A stretch of 64,000 nt of DNA from Candidatus Auribacterota bacterium (GCA_022711655.1 JAKLEM010000005.1:4956-68955); one strand, 5' to 3'. Shown: positions 19,042 through 30,311, numbered from the stretch's first letter. Numbers and translations: made by a program. The notes: generated by a model from the sequence alone, not told the origin.

Positions 19042-20721
19042 TTATTGCTCCTTTTCCTTTGTTTCGATCTTGAACTTCTCGCCTTCCAACGCCACCAGCC
19101 GCGTCCGCGCTTTTTCAAGCCATTCGACCGACGTTGCTTTGTTCATCGTCACCTTCAGGTAATACTCGCGCGCCTTGTCCGGCTCTCCAAGCTTCTCGTA
19201 CGCGGCCGCGATCTCGCAGAGCTCATGGCCGTCGCTGACAGATTCGTTGATCTTCAGCATCTCCTGATAGGTCTTCACGACGTCTTCGTATTTGCCCATC
19301 TGCTTGTAGCAATCGGCGATGTTCTCTATCGCATCGTCGATCAGCTCTTTCTCGGAATAGGTGCCGATAGACTGGCGAAAGCTGTTGATCGCGTCGTCGT
19401 ATCTTTTGTCCTTGAGCTGCAGCTTCCCGATCCAGAACTGCGAATACGCCCTGCGCTTGCCGTTGGGGAATATGGCGATGGCTTTCTGATAGTTCTCGAT
19501 CGCTCCCGTGTCGTCGCCCATCATCTCGAGGCAGGCGCCGAGAAAATAGTAGGCGTCCTCGACTGCCATGCTCTTCGGATACTTCGCGATGAATTTCTTA
19601 TAATACCTGGACGCCTGCCGGTAATCCTTCTGGGAGTGCATGGTGGCCGCGCGGTCGATGATGTATTCGGGGCTGTTGATGCGCTTGCCGTACAAGAAGA
19701 CGAAGATCATGCCGAAAAAGATCATCGTGGCGACGGTGATCTTGCGGTGAAGCGCCTTTCGCTTGATCTTCGCCTCTTCCTTCTTCTTTTCGTGCCGGAT
19801 CTTCTCCTCCAGCATTTCCCTGTCTTCCTTCTTGAAGTCCTCGAGCGATTCGCTCACCTCTTCGGGCTTTCTCGCCATACCGATGGTCTTGCGCAGTTTC
19901 TTCGCCCTGTCGCTCTTTTCGATCTGGAGGACCCGGTCCTCGGGCCCGTAGACAACGACCTCGAAATCGGTGCCGTTGTCGAAGAACTTCGGTTCCTTCA
20001 GCCCGGCCTGTTTCAGATAATTCTTCATACGCGTCACGCCGGTCCCGAGCTTCTCGACATAATCTCCCTCGTAGAACATGGCTTCGACGAGGTTCTTGTT
20101 GCGGAGGAACTGCGTCGATTCTATGTTCGTCACGTTGGTCGGGGCGCACAGGCCGCCCGGCGAATAGAACTCTATCTTGTCGTCGAACATGAAGATCCGG
20201 CAGGTGCTGCCGGCGACGCTGTAGTCGCGGTGGATCAGCGCGTTGACCACGATCTCGCGCAGCGCGTCGAGCGGGTATTCGGGGACGTCGGTCCTCTTCA
20301 CTCCCTGCACGCTGCCGAACAGCTTCATGTTGCGCACCAGGAAATGCTCCGACTCCTCGATCATCTGAGGCACGGTGCCGCGCAGCTCTTTTTGCTCGAT
20401 GATGTGTCCCGACTTGTCTTTGCCGCTGAACCGCACGATCTTGACGCTGCTCGACCAAAGGTATTTCTGCGGGTTTTTCCCGAAAAGCAGCAGCCCGGTC
20501 ACCGTCGGATAGATCTTGCCTCCCTCTTTAGCGATCACCTTCATCTCGAGAAGGATCGCTTCGTCGGTCGCGACGACCGACTTGATCTCCCGCTTTGCAA
20601 TGATCTTGGCGACGAACTCCTTCAACTGGTCGGCGCTGAGATCGCTGAGGCTCGCCTCGACTATCGGCTTTTCGTCGAAATTCATCGCGTCATAGGATGG
20701 GCTTTTGCTCTCGTTTTCCAT
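19042..20721 (-). CDS. HATPase_c_4 / RecG-C-like ATP-binding domain + coiled coil + TM + periplasmic TPR repeats
   Basis: TVTGLLLFGKNPQ, EYPLDALREIVVNALIHRDY, SPGGL, RNKNL and VEKLGTG. Then a TM (ITVATMIFFGMIFVFLY) and CpoB/BamD-like TPRs (FIAKYPKS...AYYFLG). Start revised to MENESK at 20721. Confidence 0.75.
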   Translation of the reverse strand: MENESKSPSYDAMNFDEKPIVEASLSDLSADQLKEFVAKIIAKREIKSVVATDEAILLEMKVIAKEGGKIYPTVTGLLLFGKNPQKYLWSSSVKIVRFSGKDKSGHIIEQKELRGTVPQMIEESEHFLVRNMKLFGSVQGVKRTDVPEYPLDALREIVVNALIHRDYSVAGSTCRIFMFDDKIEFYSPGGLCAPTNVTNIESTQFLRNKNLVEAMFYEGDYVEKLGTGVTRMKNYLKQAGLKEPKFFDNGTDFEVVVYGPEDRVLQIEKSDRAKKLRKTIGMARKPEEVSESLEDFKKEDREMLEEKIRHEKKKEEAKIKRKALHRKITVATMIFFGMIFVFLYGKRINSPEYIIDRAATMHSQKDYRQASRYYKKFIAKYPKSMAVEDAYYFLGACLEMMGDDTGAIENYQKAIAIFPNGKRRAYSQFWIGKLQLKDKRYDDAINSFRQSIGTYSEKELIDDAIENIADCYKQMGKYEDVVKTYQEMLKINESVSDGHELCEIAAAYEKLGEPDKAREYYLKVTMNKATSVEWLEKARTRLVALEGEKFKIETKEKEQ

Positions 20722-20759
20722 AGCTCTTTTGTCCCTGGATGGTATGTGTCGTGTGCGTT

Positions 20760-21659
20760 CTAGTTGTCCTCTGTCGCATCCTTGAACATCGATTTGCGCT
20801 CCTGCTCGACATCCTTTTTCATCCACTGCTCGATGTTCTTCATGACGCTGTAGAAGTCGCCCAGCGAGACGCTGTCGCTGCGGACATCCCGCTGTTGCGC
20901 GATGTGTTCCTGCATCTTCATGCTGCCCACGTAATCGCCGAAACGCGATTGGCTTGAGGCCATCATGTTGAAGAGATAGCCGAAGAAGCATCCGAGCATC
21001 AGGCAAACGATAACGATGAGCAGATACTTGTTGGAAAAGAGCTGCTCGAAATACAGCTTGACCGCCCGCGCCATCGGTATCGAATGAATGTAATACCGCT
21101 CGATACGCTTTCTGTCCTGCTCGAGCACTTTGGCGCTGGAGGTGACCTGGTCGTGCAGATCGCTCCATTTCTTCTGGAGCAGGTCTTTCTGGGAGACGTC
21201 CTTTTCCCAGTAGAAATCCCTCATCGTGTCGAGATACGGCATCTTACCGAACTTCGCGCGGTGGAGGACATATTTGATCAGCGAAAGAAGGTATTCGACG
21301 TCGAAGGGTTTCGTGATGTAATCGAAAACGCCGTAGCGCACCGCGTTCACGACCGCGTCTTTCCGCTTGCCGTAGGCGGTCAGGATAAGAATGCTGACGG
21401 CGGTATTGAACTGCCTGATGCGCTTGATAGTCTCGATGCCGTCTATCCCCGGCATCATGATGTCGACGATGATCAGGTCGAAGGCCTGCTTCTGAGCAAG
21501 GTCGACGCCCTTTTCGCCGTTGTCGGCACACGAGACCTCGTAGCCCTCCGCGGTCAGTATGTCGCTGATGAGGTTCAGGATCGACTCCTCATCGTCGATC
21601 ACCAGTACTTTCGCACTGACACTACTCTTCGCTTCTTCGGGTGCTTGATTCGAGTGCAT
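20760..21659 (-). CDS. Response regulator receiver + coiled coil + C-terminal TM (membrane-anchored, no DNA-binding domain)
   Basis: KVLVIDDE, LIIVDIMMP, LTAYG and KPF, followed by a hydrophobic segment YLLIVIVCLMLGCFFGYLF. Confidence 0.8.
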   Translation of the reverse strand: MHSNQAPEEAKSSVSAKVLVIDDEESILNLISDILTAEGYEVSCADNGEKGVDLAQKQAFDLIIVDIMMPGIDGIETIKRIRQFNTAVSILILTAYGKRKDAVVNAVRYGVFDYITKPFDVEYLLSLIKYVLHRAKFGKMPYLDTMRDFYWEKDVSQKDLLQKKWSDLHDQVTSSAKVLEQDRKRIERYYIHSIPMARAVKLYFEQLFSNKYLLIVIVCLMLGCFFGYLFNMMASSQSRFGDYVGSMKMQEHIAQQRDVRSDSVSLGDFYSVMKNIEQWMKKDVEQERKSMFKDATEDN

Positions 21660-22008
21660 CAGCTACCACCTTTTCTAATACGTTCAGATCAAATGGTTTT
21701 GCTATCTCCCCATATGCCCCAAAACGGATCTCGTTCAGGTCCGTATCCGCAGAGCCGTACGCCGTGATGATGATAACCACGATGCTCCGGTCGATCTTCT
21801 TGATCTGCTTCAATATATCAATGCCGTCTGACTTGCCCAGCTTGAGGTCGAGAAGAACGAGATGAGGACTGAAATCTTTAACTTCCTGCAGCGCCTTCTC
21901 AGCGTTCTCTGCCGTCGCGACGGTATATCCTTTCATGCTGAGCATGTCGGACAACAGCGTCCGGATATTGTCTTCGTCGTCGACTATCAGGATCTTCTCT
22001 TTTTTCAC
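21622..22008 (-). CDS. Single-domain response regulator
   Basis: ILIVDDE, VLLDLKL, ITAYG and AKPF; 128 aa. Confidence 0.9.
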   Translation of the reverse strand: MKKEKILIVDDEDNIRTLLSDMLSMKGYTVATAENAEKALQEVKDFSPHLVLLDLKLGKSDGIDILKQIKKIDRSIVVIIITAYGSADTDLNEIRFGAYGEIAKPFDLNVLEKVVADALESSTRRSEE

Positions 22009-22031
22009 TTCGTCTTCCCAGCCGCCGGTTG

Positions 22032-23702
22032 TTATGACTTGTACGGCAACTTTATCGTGAACGTCGATCCCCGGCCGATCGCACTTGTCGCCTCAATGTC
22101 CCCGCCAAACCCTTCGATGATACCCTTGCTGACCGATAAACCCAACCCGGTCCCGCTGCCGTCAGTCCAATTTGAATAGAACGGATCGAATATGCTTTCA
22201 AGCTTATTCTTATCGATCCCGCAGCCGCTGTCCTTCACCGAAAGCCTTATCCACTCCTCATCCTGCGAGGTCGAGATCAGGAGCTCGCCGCCTTTCGGCA
22301 TCGCCTTGACGGCGTTCAGCATGACATTGATCGCCACCTGCATGAACTGATCGCCGTCGATCAAAACTTCGGGGAGTTTCTTATTGAAATCTTTAACGAG
22401 TGATATATTACTCTTTTTTATTTCCGGCAGCAAGAGATTTAATGAATTATCTACGATCACGTTGAGGTCGTGAAGCTGCGTCTTCGTTTTCGCGATCTTG
22501 GCGAAATTGAGCAGGTTTCCCAAGATCCGGGATATCCGCTCCACTTCCGATTTGACGACGGAGAGCAGCCGTATCGTCTCGGGGTCGACTGTCGACCGGA
22601 GCAGCTGCTGTATCCTCCCGTATATGGAGGTGAGCGGATTGTTGATCTCGTGCGACAGGCTCGCGGCAAGCTTGCCTATCGCGGCGAACTTTTCCGACCG
22701 TATCAGCTGGTCGTGGGCCTTCTTGACCTCGGTCTTGGCCGTCGTCAGATGGTCGATGAGCTGCGCGTTCTCGATGATCGCGGCGATCTGCGCGGCGAGC
22801 GGCTCGAGGACCCTTCTGTCCTCCTCGTTGAAAGGCTTTCCGTCGGTCTTGTTGTTGACGTTGAGGACGCCGAACACCTTGTCTTTGATCTTCAGCGGGA
22901 CGCTCAGGAGCGACTTCGTCATGTATCGCTCTTCGTTCCTGCCCATAAAACGGCCGTCTTCGTCGATGTCGCCGATCAGGAGCGACTGGCCCTCCTTGAA
23001 GACCCACCCCGATATCCCCTGCCCCCGCTTGATAGTGGTCGCCTGCATGATCTCGGGAACAAGGCCTATCGCCTCCTTGATCTCGAGCTGGTCCGTCTCC
23101 TCGTTCAGGAGCATCACCGAACAGATCTTAACCTTCATGACGTTCGTGATAAGGTGTATGATCATCTTGAGAAGCGTTTCGAGGTGGAACACGGAACCCG
23201 TGATCCTGCTCGCCTCGTACAAGAGCGATATCTTGAGGCCCTTCTCTTCGCTCAGCTCCGCAGACTGCGCGGCGCACTTTTCGGCGAGCGCGCGGATCTG
23301 ATGCTCCTGAAGGGCCGTGCGGAACCCGTGGCGGACCGCCATCGCCACCTGCTCGGGGCGCCCGGCATCGACGCAGTCGTACGCGCCTTTCGCGACGCGC
23401 CCTGCGACGGCCTGCGCGCCGGGATCACGGATCGCCAGGACATACGCGACCGGCAGCGGATAGCTGCGCAGCCAGTTCTGGAACCCGTCCTGATCGAACG
23501 CGACAGCCGCTTCGTTCACGACGACGACGGATATTGATTTGTTCCTGATGTCGTTAAAGAGGGCCGCGACCGAGGGCTGGTGCCAGACCTTGTAGTCGGG
23601 AGTCAGCAAAGGCTGAAGTGAATTCTTGAGCGCGCCATCGGCATCGACGACGAGAACATGCGGGGCGACAACACAACCGTTCTGGCTCTTGTCAGCGGGC
23701 AT
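22032..23702 (-). CDS. Cytoplasmic histidine kinase: pseudo-receiver + GAF + HisKA + HATPase_c (NtrB-like)
   Basis: Degenerate REC (VVVVNE where the phospho-Asp would be), GAF (SLLSVPLKIKDKVFGVLNV), SLSHEINNPL, NVMLNAVKA, DSGCGI and GTGLGL. No TM. Confidence 0.9.
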   Translation of the reverse strand: MPADKSQNGCVVAPHVLVVDADGALKNSLQPLLTPDYKVWHQPSVAALFNDIRNKSISVVVVNEAAVAFDQDGFQNWLRSYPLPVAYVLAIRDPGAQAVAGRVAKGAYDCVDAGRPEQVAMAVRHGFRTALQEHQIRALAEKCAAQSAELSEEKGLKISLLYEASRITGSVFHLETLLKMIIHLITNVMKVKICSVMLLNEETDQLEIKEAIGLVPEIMQATTIKRGQGISGWVFKEGQSLLIGDIDEDGRFMGRNEERYMTKSLLSVPLKIKDKVFGVLNVNNKTDGKPFNEEDRRVLEPLAAQIAAIIENAQLIDHLTTAKTEVKKAHDQLIRSEKFAAIGKLAASLSHEINNPLTSIYGRIQQLLRSTVDPETIRLLSVVKSEVERISRILGNLLNFAKIAKTKTQLHDLNVIVDNSLNLLLPEIKKSNISLVKDFNKKLPEVLIDGDQFMQVAINVMLNAVKAMPKGGELLISTSQDEEWIRLSVKDSGCGIDKNKLESIFDPFYSNWTDGSGTGLGLSVSKGIIEGFGGDIEATSAIGRGSTFTIKLPYKS

Positions 23703-23763
23703 CTTTTCTTTCTCGCATCCGTTGGGAAAACCTGCGCAGATACGTCAGGCTTTCTTTAGGGAT

Positions 23764-23792
23764 AGTATATCGTTTTTGCGAAAAAGAAGCAA
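23764..23792 (-). promoter_or_regulatory. Sigma70-type promoter for the signalling/EPS operon
   Basis: Minus strand TTGCTT (23792-23787) - 17 bp - TATACT (23769-23764), about 60 nt upstream of the kinase ATG. Confidence 0.6.
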
Positions 23793-23832
23793 CAGGATTT
23801 TCTGGAAGACAATGAAGGAAAGGTCGTCCTTT

Positions 23833-23885
23833 GAAACGGCGAAGAACGGTCCGGCTTGCAGCAGACGGGCCGTTATCCGCCGTTA
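23833..23885 (-). repeat. Miniature repeat family B, short derivative
   Basis: Minus strand AACGGCGGATAACGGCCCGTCTGCTGCAAGCCGGACCGTTCTTCGCCGTTTC. It carries both ends of the 35801-35927 element and lacks the core. Confidence 0.7.
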
Positions 23886-23935
23886 CGGAAAAGGATCGGA
23901 GAATTGCTTTGATGAAACAAGCAAGACCATTCTCT

Positions 23936-24151
23936 GAAACAGCGAAGAAGCCCCCAGCTGCGAGGCGTACGCCCGCGCCCGCGGACAAGCCGGCGAATCT
24001 TTAGAGATTCGCGGACCAGTCCCCGCATGGGGAGGCGTACGGTAAGTACGCCGCACAAGGAAGCGGTGGCCTGCAACGCCCCCAGGCGCGGGGGCTGCTC
24101 CGCGAATCTTCGATTCGCCGGGTTGCAGCAGATGGGCGTTTATCCGCCGTT

Positions 24152-24153
<2 letters not shown>
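23936..24153 (-). repeat. Miniature repeat family B, expanded copy with two inverted two-hairpin modules
   Basis: Ends GAAACAGCG / CGCCGTTTC and core GGCGTACGGTAAGTACGCC shared with 35801-35927. Modules at 23990-24032 and 24079-24121 (inverted). Confidence 0.75.
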
Positions 24154-25954
<1,801 letters not shown>

Positions 25955-25970
25955 AGTATGTGCTCGTTAG

Positions 25971-26126
25971 GGCAGCCGGAGAGTATTCCTGTCAGCACCG
26001 CGAGATTGTCCCCGGCGAGGAAAATCTCGCTCGGCGACACTGCTCGCTCGTCCCGCCGCCGATGGCTGCGGGACACCATGCCCGCTCGCATTGTCAATGT
26101 GCTGCCACGGACACTCCCCGCCTGCC
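25971..26126 (+). repeat. MITE-like element family A, copy 1 (~156 bp)
   Basis: Imperfect terminal inverted repeats GGCAGCCGGAGAGTATTC / GGACACTCCCCGCCTGCC. Body alignable by eye with 28340-28495 (inverted) and 38300-38451. Confidence 0.8.
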
Positions 26127-26165
26127 GCTATTTATTATTGCTTGAGATAGTAACAGCGCGAAGGG

Positions 26166-26822
26166 TCAGCCCTGCGCCGCCTTCCTTATATCTTCTATCG
26201 CCTTCTTTATATCGGGCTTGCCGTAGACCGCCGAGCCTGCGACGGCGATCGAGATGCCCGCGTCGACGGCCAGCTTGACGTTGGCGGCGGTGATGCCGCC
26301 GTCGACCTCGAGCGGGATCCGGTAGCCGTTGCTGTCGAGAAATTTCTTCGCGTCGCGTATCTTGGGGACAACGCTCTCGATGAATTTCTGGCCGCCGAAC
26401 CCGGGGTAGACGGTCATGAAGAGGATCAGGTCGATACGCTTCAGGATCTCTCCGGACAGGTCGAACGGCGTATCCGGGTTGAGGACGACGCCGCACTGCG
26501 CGCCCATCTTCCTGACCGCGTCGATGGTCGCGGGCACGTCGTAGTCCGGCTCGACATGGACAGTCAGGATGTTCGCGCCGGCTTCGACGAAATGCTTATA
26601 GTAGGTATCCGGCCGCTGGATCATCAGGTGGACGTCGAGCGGGATGCGGACCGCCTTGCGGATCGCGGCGACGGCCTGCGGCCCGAAGGTGATGTTGGGG
26701 ACGAAATGGCCGTCCATCACGTCGAGATGGAGCCAGTCGGCCCCGGCGTCCTCGGCGCGTTTCGCCTCGTCGGACAGCTTGCCGAAATCGCCGGACAGTA
26801 TGGAAGGAGCTATTTTAAACAT
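26166..26822 (-). CDS. rpe: Ribulose-phosphate 3-epimerase
   Basis: IAPSILS, LHLDVMDGHFVPNITFG, DVHLM, MTVYPGFGGQ and EVDGGI. Confidence 0.98.
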   Translation of the reverse strand: MFKIAPSILSGDFGKLSDEAKRAEDAGADWLHLDVMDGHFVPNITFGPQAVAAIRKAVRIPLDVHLMIQRPDTYYKHFVEAGANILTVHVEPDYDVPATIDAVRKMGAQCGVVLNPDTPFDLSGEILKRIDLILFMTVYPGFGGQKFIESVVPKIRDAKKFLDSNGYRIPLEVDGGITAANVKLAVDAGISIAVAGSAVYGKPDIKKAIEDIRKAAQG

Positions 26823-26922
26823 GTCGTGTCACCGTTTACCTTTCCGAGAGCCGAACTCTTATATAGTGAAACCGTTAAAATTTCCAGTAAAAGTTGCGTA
26901 ATTCATCTTTACTTCGACTCGT

Positions 26923-27002
26923 GCAGAGGGCGACAGGGCGCATGCTTTCAGCACAGGGTCCCGAGCGATGCTGAAAGAGTGCCGTCCTGTCAGGCCCCGC
27001 TG
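26923..27002 (+). repeat. Miniature inverted-repeat element family C, short copy
   Basis: Arms GACAGGGCGCATGCTTTCAGCA / TGCTGAAAGAGTGCCGTCCTGTCAGGCCCCGCTG, matching the arms of 38507-38711. Confidence 0.7.
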
Positions 27003-27040
27003 ACAAGCAAATACTCTCAACAGGCAACTACCCTCTCATA

Positions 27041-28303
27041 TCAATAGTGGAGCCTGTCCATTATAACGTTCTTCTTCGGCAGCGGGCCGATGGCGGACAG
27101 GCAGAGGTTCTCGTCGACGAACAGCTCTCCGGCTGCCTCGAGAATGTCTTCGGCGGTGACGCGGCGGAAACCCTCGACGAGCTCGGGGACGGTCAGGACG
27201 CGGCTGGTCGTGAGCATGTTCTCCCCCATCCAGAGCATGTGGTCGAATGTCTTCTCGACGCTCATGGCCAGCTGCCCGAGGCAGTATTGCTTCGCCGTGT
27301 CCAGCTCCTGCGCGGTTACCGGCTCTTTTTTCAGCTTGCCGAGCTCGCGCAGGATGATATTCATGCAGTCGAGCGCCTTCTTTTTGTCGGTGCCGACGTT
27401 GATGACGAGCGTCCCGGCGTCGATGAATTTTTCGATCGAGGTCTGGATGTCGTACGCGAGGCCGTGCGTCTCGCGCACCTCCTGGAACAGGCGAGAGCCG
27501 GCGCTCTCGCCGAGGATGATCGACAGCAGCTTGAGCGCGAATGTCCTGGGGTGCTCGCGCTTGTAGGCGCGGATCCCGAAGCACAGGTAGGCCTGCTCGG
27601 TCTTCTTGACGACGGCCGTGCACGACGGCGCGCGCTGGACAGTCCGCACCGGGTCGAGCTCCGGCGCAGGGCGGCTCTCTTCGCGGGGGAAGAACTTCTG
27701 CAGCGCCTTTTCCACCGCATGGTGCGATACCTTGCCCGCGACCGACACGACGGTGTTCTTCATCGAGTACATCCTGTCGCGGTAGGCGGCAAGCGCCGCG
27801 GGGGTGATGGCGCCGACCGACTCCTCGGTGCCGATCAGGATGCGGCCGAGCGGATGGTCGGGCCACAACACCGAGAAAAGGATGTCCTGCACGTGCTGGC
27901 CCGGCATGTCGCGGTACATGTGGATCTCTTCGTTGATGACCTTTTTCTCTTTGACGAGGTCTTCGGCGTTGAACAGCGGCCGCTGGTAGAGGTCGCTCAG
28001 GATGTCGATCGCCGTGTCGCAATAGGCGGCGGGGACCTTGGCGGTGTAGCAGGTCAGCTCCTCCGCGGTAAAGGCGTTGATGCTGCCGCCCACCTGCTCG
28101 ATGTCCTGATAGATCTGCCTGGAGTTGCGGTTCAGCGTCCCCTTGAAGACCATGTGCTCGAGGAGATGCGAAATGCCGTTGACGTCGGCGGATTCGGACC
28201 TGCCGCCCGCGCCGGCCCATACCCCGACCGACGCCGATTCCATGTGCGGCATCTCATACGTGATCAGGCGCAGGCCGCTGTCGAAGACTGAGATCTTGTA
28301 CAT
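27041..28303 (-). CDS. M16 family zinc peptidase (pitrilysin/YmxG-like)
   Basis: Inverted zincin motif GISHLLEHMVFKGT, NAFTAEE and EEI. Confidence 0.93.
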   Translation of the reverse strand: MYKISVFDSGLRLITYEMPHMESASVGVWAGAGGRSESADVNGISHLLEHMVFKGTLNRNSRQIYQDIEQVGGSINAFTAEELTCYTAKVPAAYCDTAIDILSDLYQRPLFNAEDLVKEKKVINEEIHMYRDMPGQHVQDILFSVLWPDHPLGRILIGTEESVGAITPAALAAYRDRMYSMKNTVVSVAGKVSHHAVEKALQKFFPREESRPAPELDPVRTVQRAPSCTAVVKKTEQAYLCFGIRAYKREHPRTFALKLLSIILGESAGSRLFQEVRETHGLAYDIQTSIEKFIDAGTLVINVGTDKKKALDCMNIILRELGKLKKEPVTAQELDTAKQYCLGQLAMSVEKTFDHMLWMGENMLTTSRVLTVPELVEGFRRVTAEDILEAAGELFVDENLCLSAIGPLPKKNVIMDRLHY

Positions 28304-28339
28304 ACTATATTTCTCCTTAAGTCATAACCCTTCGATCAA

Positions 28340-28495
28340 GGGAGCAGGTGGGAAGTGTTCATGGCAGCATATTGACAATGCGAGCGGGCATGGGGTCCCG
28401 CCAACGGCGGGACGAGCGAGCATTGTCGCTAAGCGGGATTTTCCTCGCCGGGGAAAATCCCGCGGTGCTGACATGAATACTTTCCACCTGCTCCC
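28340..28495 (-). repeat. MITE-like element family A, copy 2 (inverted)
   Basis: TIR GGGAGCAGGTGGGAAGTGTTCATG / CATGAATACTTTCCACCTGCTCCC (22 of 24 match). Internal TTGACAATGCGAGCGGGCATGG shared with the other copies. Confidence 0.85.
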
Positions 28496-28529
28496 GCTGG
28501 AGCGTTTTCACATTCAAAGCAGATCCGCT

Positions 28530-29783
28530 TTAATGCGGCCTGGCGCTTATTCTCATCCGGATGATCTCGCGCTCGGCCGTTTTTCCGGCGATGCGTACCG
28601 TCACCGTTTTCCCGCTCTGTGCCTTCTGCACGGGCATGCCGTCGGGGTCGACGATCTCCAGGATCTCTTCCGCGTGGTCGCGCAGGAGGTCCGGCGAGAT
28701 GAACTCCACCCGGTCGCCGCGCGCGAGCGGGTTCCTGAGGCTGACCGTTGCCGTGCCTCCTGCGGCGCTTTCGACCGTGCCGATGAAACGGCAGCCGCCG
28801 TCGTCTCCGGTGGCGCCGTAGAGCGCCGCCTCCGGCCCCGGCGTCCCGAAATAGAATCCCGTCGAGTATCCCCTGTTCGGAACCGACGCGAGCTCCTCGC
28901 GGTAACGCACCGCGTCCGCGTGAGAGCTTTTGCCGCAGGCACGGTCCAGCGCGTCGCGGTAGACGCGCGTTACGTTGCCAACATAGTAGACGCTCTTGAT
29001 CCTTCCCTCGATCTTGAGCGCGTCGACGCCCGCATCGGCCAGGGCGCCGATATGGTCGACCATGCAGAGGTCCTTGGCGCTCATGATATACGAGCCCCGG
29101 GCGTCCTCTTCGACAGGTATCGCCATGCCCGGCCGCTTCTCCTCGACCAGCTCGTACTCCCAGCGGCACGGCTGCGCGCAGTCGCCGCGGTTGGCGCTGC
29201 GGCCGCTCAGGTAGCTCGAGATCAGGCACCGCCCCGAATAGGACATGCACATCGCGCCGTGGACAAAGGCCTCGATCTCGCACGACACCCGCCTGCGGAT
29301 CTCGCGTATGTCCTCGAGCGACGCTTCGCGGGCCAGGATGATGCGCGACACTCCCTGGCTCTGCCAGAACTCCGCCGCGGCCCAGTTGGTGACGTTGGCC
29401 ACGGTCGAGAGGTGGACCGGGATGCCTATCTTGCCTGCGCGTATGACCTGCAGAGCGGCGGCGTCGGAAACGATCACCGCGTCGACGCCCGCCTTTTCAA
29501 GGAAACGAAAGTAGTCTTCGAGCCGGGCGACATGGCCGTTGCGGAAAAAGATGTTCGCCGCCGCGTATACTTTCCTGCCGCGCTCATGCGCATACGCCAC
29601 GGCCATGGCGATCTCTTCGTGCGAGAGATTGCCCGCCCGCTGACGCATGCCGAGATCGCGGTCGGAGAGATAGACGGCGTCTGCGCCGTAGTGCAGGGCG
29701 TAGCGCAGTTTTTCACTGTCCCCGGCGGGAGCGACGAGTTCCGGCTTTTTCGGGCGGCGCGCCTCTTTGAGGGGGCCGGTCAT
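28530..29783 (-). CDS. U32 family protein (TrhP/YegQ-like, probable tRNA hydroxylase)
   Basis: KPELVAPAGD, GADAVY, Fe-S cysteines HGAMCMSYSGRC and NRGDCAQPCRW, and KIEGR. Start revised to MTGPLK at 29783 (ATGA overlap). Confidence 0.9.
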   Translation of the reverse strand: MTGPLKEARRPKKPELVAPAGDSEKLRYALHYGADAVYLSDRDLGMRQRAGNLSHEEIAMAVAYAHERGRKVYAAANIFFRNGHVARLEDYFRFLEKAGVDAVIVSDAAALQVIRAGKIGIPVHLSTVANVTNWAAAEFWQSQGVSRIILAREASLEDIREIRRRVSCEIEAFVHGAMCMSYSGRCLISSYLSGRSANRGDCAQPCRWEYELVEEKRPGMAIPVEEDARGSYIMSAKDLCMVDHIGALADAGVDALKIEGRIKSVYYVGNVTRVYRDALDRACGKSSHADAVRYREELASVPNRGYSTGFYFGTPGPEAALYGATGDDGGCRFIGTVESAAGGTATVSLRNPLARGDRVEFISPDLLRDHAEEILEIVDPDGMPVQKAQSGKTVTVRIAGKTAEREIIRMRISARPH

Positions 29784-30223
29784 GGCCGGAGCCGCTCTTC
29801 GCGGTCGCGCGCGATGCGCAGGCGGTCCAGATGCGTCTGCAGGATCAGCTGGGCGGCGATGGCGTCCACCCGCTTCTTCCGCTTGTTCCTGGACAGGTCT
29901 CCTTCGAGCATCGAGCGGTGCGCCTGCGCGGTGGTGAGGCGCTCGTCGACGAAATGGACCGGCGTATCGATATATTTCCTGAAATGCTCCGCGAATTTCT
30001 CGACGCCGTCCGCCTTGAAACCCTTCGACCCGTCCATGTTCAAGGGCATCCCCATGTAGACCTCGGTCACGCCGTTCGCGTCGATCGCGTCCTTTATGGC
30101 GCGGATGTCGCTGATAAGGTCCCTGCGCTCGAGGACCATGAGCGACTGCGCCGTCCACAGCAGCTCGTCGCTGACGGAGATCCCGATACGCTTGTCGCCG
30201 ATATCCAGGCCCATTAACCGCAT
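29780..30223 (-). CDS. ruvX: YqgF/RuvX RNase H-fold protein
   Basis: MGLDIGDKRIGISVSD, GMPLNMDG, VDERLTT and VDAIAAQLIL. Start 30223. Confidence 0.95.
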   Translation of the reverse strand: MRLMGLDIGDKRIGISVSDELLWTAQSLMVLERRDLISDIRAIKDAIDANGVTEVYMGMPLNMDGSKGFKADGVEKFAEHFRKYIDTPVHFVDERLTTAQAHRSMLEGDLSRNKRKKRVDAIAAQLILQTHLDRLRIARDREERLRP

Positions 30224-30311
30224 ACCGTTTCCTCTTTGTAACTGAAAAACCATTTGCGAGCGGGGCGATAACGGGAAGACCGAAGGCTTCCCCTGCTGCC
30301 ATCTCCCCTGA

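Noticed and set aside
19042-20721. Calling this gene recG
   Set aside because: Only the so-called RecG C-terminal-like ATP-binding domain is present, with no helicase motifs.
20722-21168. 149-aa N-terminal extension of the ATPase-TM-TPR ORF, possibly hiding the missing Schlafen/AlbA_2 domain
   Set aside because: It overlaps the receiver-TM gene in another frame and reads as R/A/G-rich shadow sequence with no AlbA_2 motifs. The real start is 20721.
23700-23830. Sigma54 (-24/-12) promoter expected for a PEP-CTERM-type locus
   Set aside because: No TGGCAC-N5-TTGC match was seen. A sigma70-like promoter fits instead.
30263-30292. GGGAAGCC-TTCG-GTCTTCCC hairpin between manC and ruvX (minus strand)
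   Set aside because: It is a single short hairpin with no U-tract and no second copy; insufficient evidence for a terminator or repeat.
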